From Octopus sinensis (lineage: Eukaryota): a stretch of 9,908 nt of DNA. How positions within the stretch are numbered: position 1 is the first letter of the stretch; every line of letters starts with the position of its first letter. Shown one piece after another: positions 6,876-9,908 of this stretch. The stretch lies in assembly GCF_006345805.1 (NCBI RefSeq), contig NW_021827619.1:1-9908 (forward strand). Direction: 5' to 3'. The notes beneath the pieces were generated by a model. That model did no database searches, was not told the origin of the DNA, and was given only the letters and a program-made list of their open reading frames with translations. The position numbers and the translations under genes were made by a program.

Positions 6876-7586
6876 ATTCTACTCTGGGGCACAAGGCCCG
6901 AAATTTTGAGGGAGGGTTCCAGTCGATTAGATCGACCCCAGTTCGCAACTGGCATTTAATTTGTCGACTTCGAAAAGACGAAAGGCAAAGTCGACCTCGG
7001 CGGAATTTGAACTCAGAACGTAACGGCTGACGAAATACGTATTTCTTTACTACCCACAAGGGGCTAAACACAGAGAGGACAAACAAGGACAGACAAACGG
7101 ATTAAGTCGATTATATCGACCCCAGTGCATAACTGGTACTTATTTAATCGACCCCCGAAAGGATGAAAAGCAAAGTCGACCTCGGCGGAATTTGAACTCA
7201 GAACGTAAAGACAGACGAAATACCTATTGCTTTACTACCACAAGGGGCTAAACACAGAGAGGACAAACAAGGACAGACAAACGGATTAAGTCGATTATAT
7301 CGACCCCAGTGCATAACTGGTACTTATTTAATCGACCCCCGAAAGGATGAAAAGCAAAGTCGACCTCGGCGGAATTTGAACTCAGAACGTAAAGACAGAC
7401 GAAATACCTATTTCTTTACTACCCACAAGGAGCTAAACACAGAGAGGACAAACAAGGACAGACAAACGGATTAAGTCGATTATATCGACCCCAGTGCATA
7501 ACTGGTACTTATTTAATCGACCCCCGAAAGGATGAAAGGCAAAGTCGACCCCGGCGGAATTTGAACTCAGAACGTAGCGGCAGACG
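6876..7586 (-). repeat. Tandem array 2 of headless SINE-B: three tail-type-1 units followed by one unit with a different tail
   Basis: Junctions GAAATAC-(G/C)-TATT at ~7039, ~7224 and ~7408 (periods 185 and 184). The 3'-most unit (6876-7038) ends …CTTGTGCCCCAGAGTAGAAT instead of …GGGTAGTAAAGAAATA. Confidence 0.92.
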
Positions 7587-7596
7587 TATGAAGCTG

Positions 7597-7683
7597 GAGG
7601 AGAAAATTCTTGCCCAAGGTGCAGCGCAGCCGGACTGAACCTGAATCCACGTGGGTGCAAAGCAAGTTTCCTTAACGACCAGT
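7597..7683 (-). mobile_element. Degenerate SINE-A-like head fragment
   Basis: Minus: GTTAAGGAAACTTGCTTTGCACCCACGTGGATTCAGGTTCAGTCCGGCTGCGCTGCACCTTGGGCAAG. Confidence 0.65.
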
Positions 7684-7832
7684 TCTTCTTTGTTGCAGAC
7701 AAATAATGGGTCTCAACCAGAAGCAGTGAACCAGTATTGAGTTCTTGACGAAGCAGGGTTGCAGGATGTTCGACTGTGAATCAGTTTAATTACGGAAATG
7801 ACACCATTGTCAAGGGTAATACATACAGATAT

Positions 7833-7893
7833 AAATCCTTAAATCCTTAAAAATGTTTTAGCCCGAAGGCCGCGGCCATGCTGGGGCACCACC
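7833..7893 (-). mobile_element. SINE/LINE-type 3' tail module related to the SINE-A tail, with (AAGGATTT)2 terminal repeat
   Basis: Minus: GGTGGTGCCCCAGCATGGCCGCGGCCTTCGGGCTAAAACATTTTTAAGGATTTAAGGATTT versus SINE-A GGCGGTGCTCCAGCATGGCCGCAGTCAAATGACTGAAAC. Confidence 0.75.
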
Positions 7894-7905
7894 GCTGAAA
7901 ACAAG

Positions 7906-7967
7906 TTCCCATGCCGGGAATCGAACCCGGGCCGCCAGGTGAAAGCCAGGAATCCTAACGACTAGAC
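7906..7967 (-). pseudogene. tRNA-Glu(TTC) pseudogene: 5' acceptor strand missing, anticodon stem damaged
   Basis: Minus: GTCTAGTCGTTAGGATTCCTGGCTTTCACCTGGCGGCCCGGGTTCGATTCCCGGCATGGGAA, close to the metazoan tRNA-Glu. Anticodon TTC at 7943-7941; intact T-arm CCGGG-TTCGATT-CCCGG; upstream sequence cannot pair with CATGGGA. Confidence 0.85.
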
Positions 7968-7994
7968 AAAGGTAAAGAAGATAGGCAAAGAAGC

Positions 7995-8472
7995 TTAATC
8001 CTTTAAGATTTAAACTCACTGATCCGAATATTCTACGTTTTATGATCAAACTGGCCATATTGGGTCTCTCACAATTGCCATCTAATATTTTTCTAAAAAT
8101 ATGTAATTACATTGGCGTAGGACTAGCTTGTTTACCAACCACATGGTTCCGGGTTCAGTCCCACTGCGTGGCACCTTGGGCAAGTGTCTTCTACTATAGC
8201 CTCGGGCCGACCAAAGCCTAGTGAGTGGATTTGGTAGACTGAAACTGAAATAAGTACTATGCTTACAAAGAATAAGTCCAGGGGTTCAATTTGCTCGACT
8301 AAAGGGGGTGCTCCAGCATGGCCACAGTCAAATGACTGAAACAAGTAAAAGAGTAAAAAAAAGTAGACGTCACTGAGATCTTGAAACTACGAGATAAGGC
8401 ATGATTAATTCAAACAAATTTGAATAAATAAGTATTAAGTTTGACAGGATAATCTGAATGTTAAAGAGTTAA
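7995..8472. mobile_element. Degraded non-autonomous piggyBac-like DNA transposon (MITE), interrupted by SINE-A
   Basis: TTAA at both ends (7995-7998, 8469-8472) followed by imperfect inverted ends TCCTTTAAGATTTAAA and (reverse complement) CTCTTTAACATTCAGA; TTAA TSD and CCC-like termini are piggyBac hallmarks. Confidence 0.55.
8114..8364 (+). mobile_element. SINE-A copy with two internal deletions (A-box; microsatellite plus mid-body)
   Basis: GGCGTAGGA|CTAGCTTGTTTACC lacks GTGGCTGTGTGGTAAG; GAAACTGAAA|TAAGTACT skips the segment equivalent to ~4934-5094; tail ACAAGTAAAAGAGTAAAA intact. Confidence 0.88.
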
Positions 8473-8614
8473 AGAAGGGAAAAACCAACGATGGGAGGGA
8501 GGCATACTAAGCAGTGGGCGGGGAGACCATCGAATGCGACAACTGGCACGAATCGCCAGCTAATGGACGAACTGTTTTGCCTGAGCAAACGAATCACAAT
8601 CCGTCGGCAAATTG

Positions 8615-8735
8615 TACAGGGTGTCCACAAAGTCTGGGTGCATGGGGATTAACACATACTTTTAAAACAAAACAATTTTATTTAAATCATAATGTTAATA
8701 AATAACATTTTCAACATCATTTCCATCATTTTCAG
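8615..8735 (-). mobile_element. Tc1/mariner-like terminal fragment
   Basis: TA+CAGGGTGTCCACAAAGTC terminus at 8615. A minus frame nearby reads ENDGNDVENVIY*, reminiscent of the ..dGghfE.ll* C-terminus of DD34D/DD37D transposases. Confidence 0.5.
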
Positions 8736-9166
8736 AACGTAACGGGTGAATGCCGTTACAGACAAGACAAGGCTCTGACAGGTGCTATTACTACGGGCCA
8801 GAATAGAACTGGGATCAATAGTATCTAAGAGGTGGTCCCACATTCGTAAAAAATCATGGAACTGCTGAACGTGCAATTTAAAGCCATACTCGGTATTAAG
8901 ATTTCACTATCATCTCTACCTCGGAAAAAGGGAGAAGAAATGTGAGATCAAAGTACAGGGTGGCCACAAAGTCACTGATTATGTGATCAAGACGTAATAT
9001 TGATTGTTTTCTTTGTTTCTGTTCTGTCAACTATGGTAGATATATACTGGTAGATTTCTATGTTGTTTGGTTTCATCAGTGGTAGTATAATTTCATTGCA
9101 ACTACCTGTTAAGACAGTGAAGCAGTTGGTACGGGTATATATATTTGGTGGCATAGAGCCTTTGGT

Positions 9167-9191
9167 ACACACACTCACACACACACACACA
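9167..9191. repeat. (CA)n microsatellite
   Basis: Direct reading. Confidence 0.85.
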
Positions 9192-9799
9192 TTAATTAAC
9201 GATTTTTTTATATTTCCTTCTTCGTTATTTATGTTTATTTTTAAATAATAACGCTACTAAGCGCATTAATACTTCAAAACCTCCAGGGTTCAGTAATTAT
9301 TATGCTAGATTAGCAAAAGCTAAATTTAGAAAATGCTATTTCAAACGCACTTTTTTCTTCAAAATTATAGATAAGAAGCAACTAAACTTTCCAACTTTAT
9401 TTGGAAGTGGAAAGAATATGAAGTAAAATTCAGCTTTCAGTAGAAATTGTTTGAGTTATACATATCGCAGATAAACGAGAAGAAAACTGCAGTCCATGTA
9501 ATTCGGAGAAGTGTTTTATCCTAAGAAATCTCAAACAACAAGAGGACTAAACGTTAGATTTGAGATTTTCAATAAATGCAGACATTTCAGATAATACCTT
9601 TTAAGAAAATGGGAAAAAACAAAACAAACTACAATACAAGATCATCACGCGTAATAGAAGCGCATGATGTCGTAAGAGTGGATGATGACTCAAAATTTCA
9701 ATGAATTCGTTAAGCCAAGCCACATGACCCTCTCGGAAGACGAATGGAGAGTGTAAATATACGCATTAAGCCTACTTGTATATATCTACTTTTCTACAA

Positions 9800-9872
9800 C
9801 TCTCTCACGCTCTCTCTCCCTCTCTTTCTCTCTCTTTCTCTCTCTCTTTCTTTCTCTCACTCTCTCTCACTC
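9800..9872. repeat. (CT)n-rich microsatellite
   Basis: Direct reading. Confidence 0.95.
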
Positions 9873-9908
9873 ACCCTGTAATTACATGCATGATGTTAAA
9901 ACAACTCA

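Larger units (their letters stand above)
8954..9880. mobile_element. Possible degraded Tc1/mariner-like non-autonomous element
   Basis: TACAGGGTGGCCACAAAGTC at 8954 and inverted CACCCTGTA at 9872-9880 (only a 9-bp match, abutting a (CT)n tract); no recognisable internal ORF. Confidence 0.3.

Noticed and set aside
7906-7967. Functional tRNA-Glu gene
   Set aside because: The 5' acceptor strand is absent and the anticodon stem has a deletion/mismatch.
846-8344. Recurrent small ORFs such as ...SVSVYQIHSQG...CHAVGLNPEPCGW and ...DFAFHPFGVD...
   Set aside because: Antisense or sense read-through of SINE-A and SINE-B copies; the similarity reflects the repeat, not a protein family.
9200-9790. Exon or transposase remnant
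   Set aside because: No ORF or recognisable motif in any frame that I could support.

Overview
AT-rich eukaryotic, non-genic DNA made almost entirely of interspersed repeats. From memory the repeat families resemble those of Octopus or another coleoid cephalopod; this is inference, not a database result. No intact host gene, rRNA or CRISPR array is supported, and nearly all listed ORFs are chance frames through SINEs or microsatellites. Contents: a Penelope-like retroelement ORF fragment (1-~400); three tRNA-derived SINE families, here called SINE-A (CORE-like, internal microsatellite, (AAAAGAGT)n tail), SINE-B (GCCTTTCATCCTTTCGGGGTCGAT central domain, alternative tails) and SINE-C; a 3' RTE-LINE fragment; a tRNA-Glu pseudogene fused to a SINE-type tail; degraded piggyBac-like and Tc1/mariner-like ends; and microsatellites. 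Three things stand out. (i) Two independent, oppositely oriented head-to-tail concatemers of SINE-B (~184-bp unit) share one junction register, a palindromic GAAATA-NG-TATTTC joint that maps to a hairpin loop in the SINE's tRNA-like head. This points to a specific mechanism, either a circular RNA/rolling-circle intermediate or self-targeted insertion. (ii) An 18/100/200-bp hierarchical minisatellite is built from the SINE Pol III B-box. (iii) A minimal tRNA-Glu-plus-tail retroposon has a 3' hairpin conserved in structure but not sequence with SINE-A.
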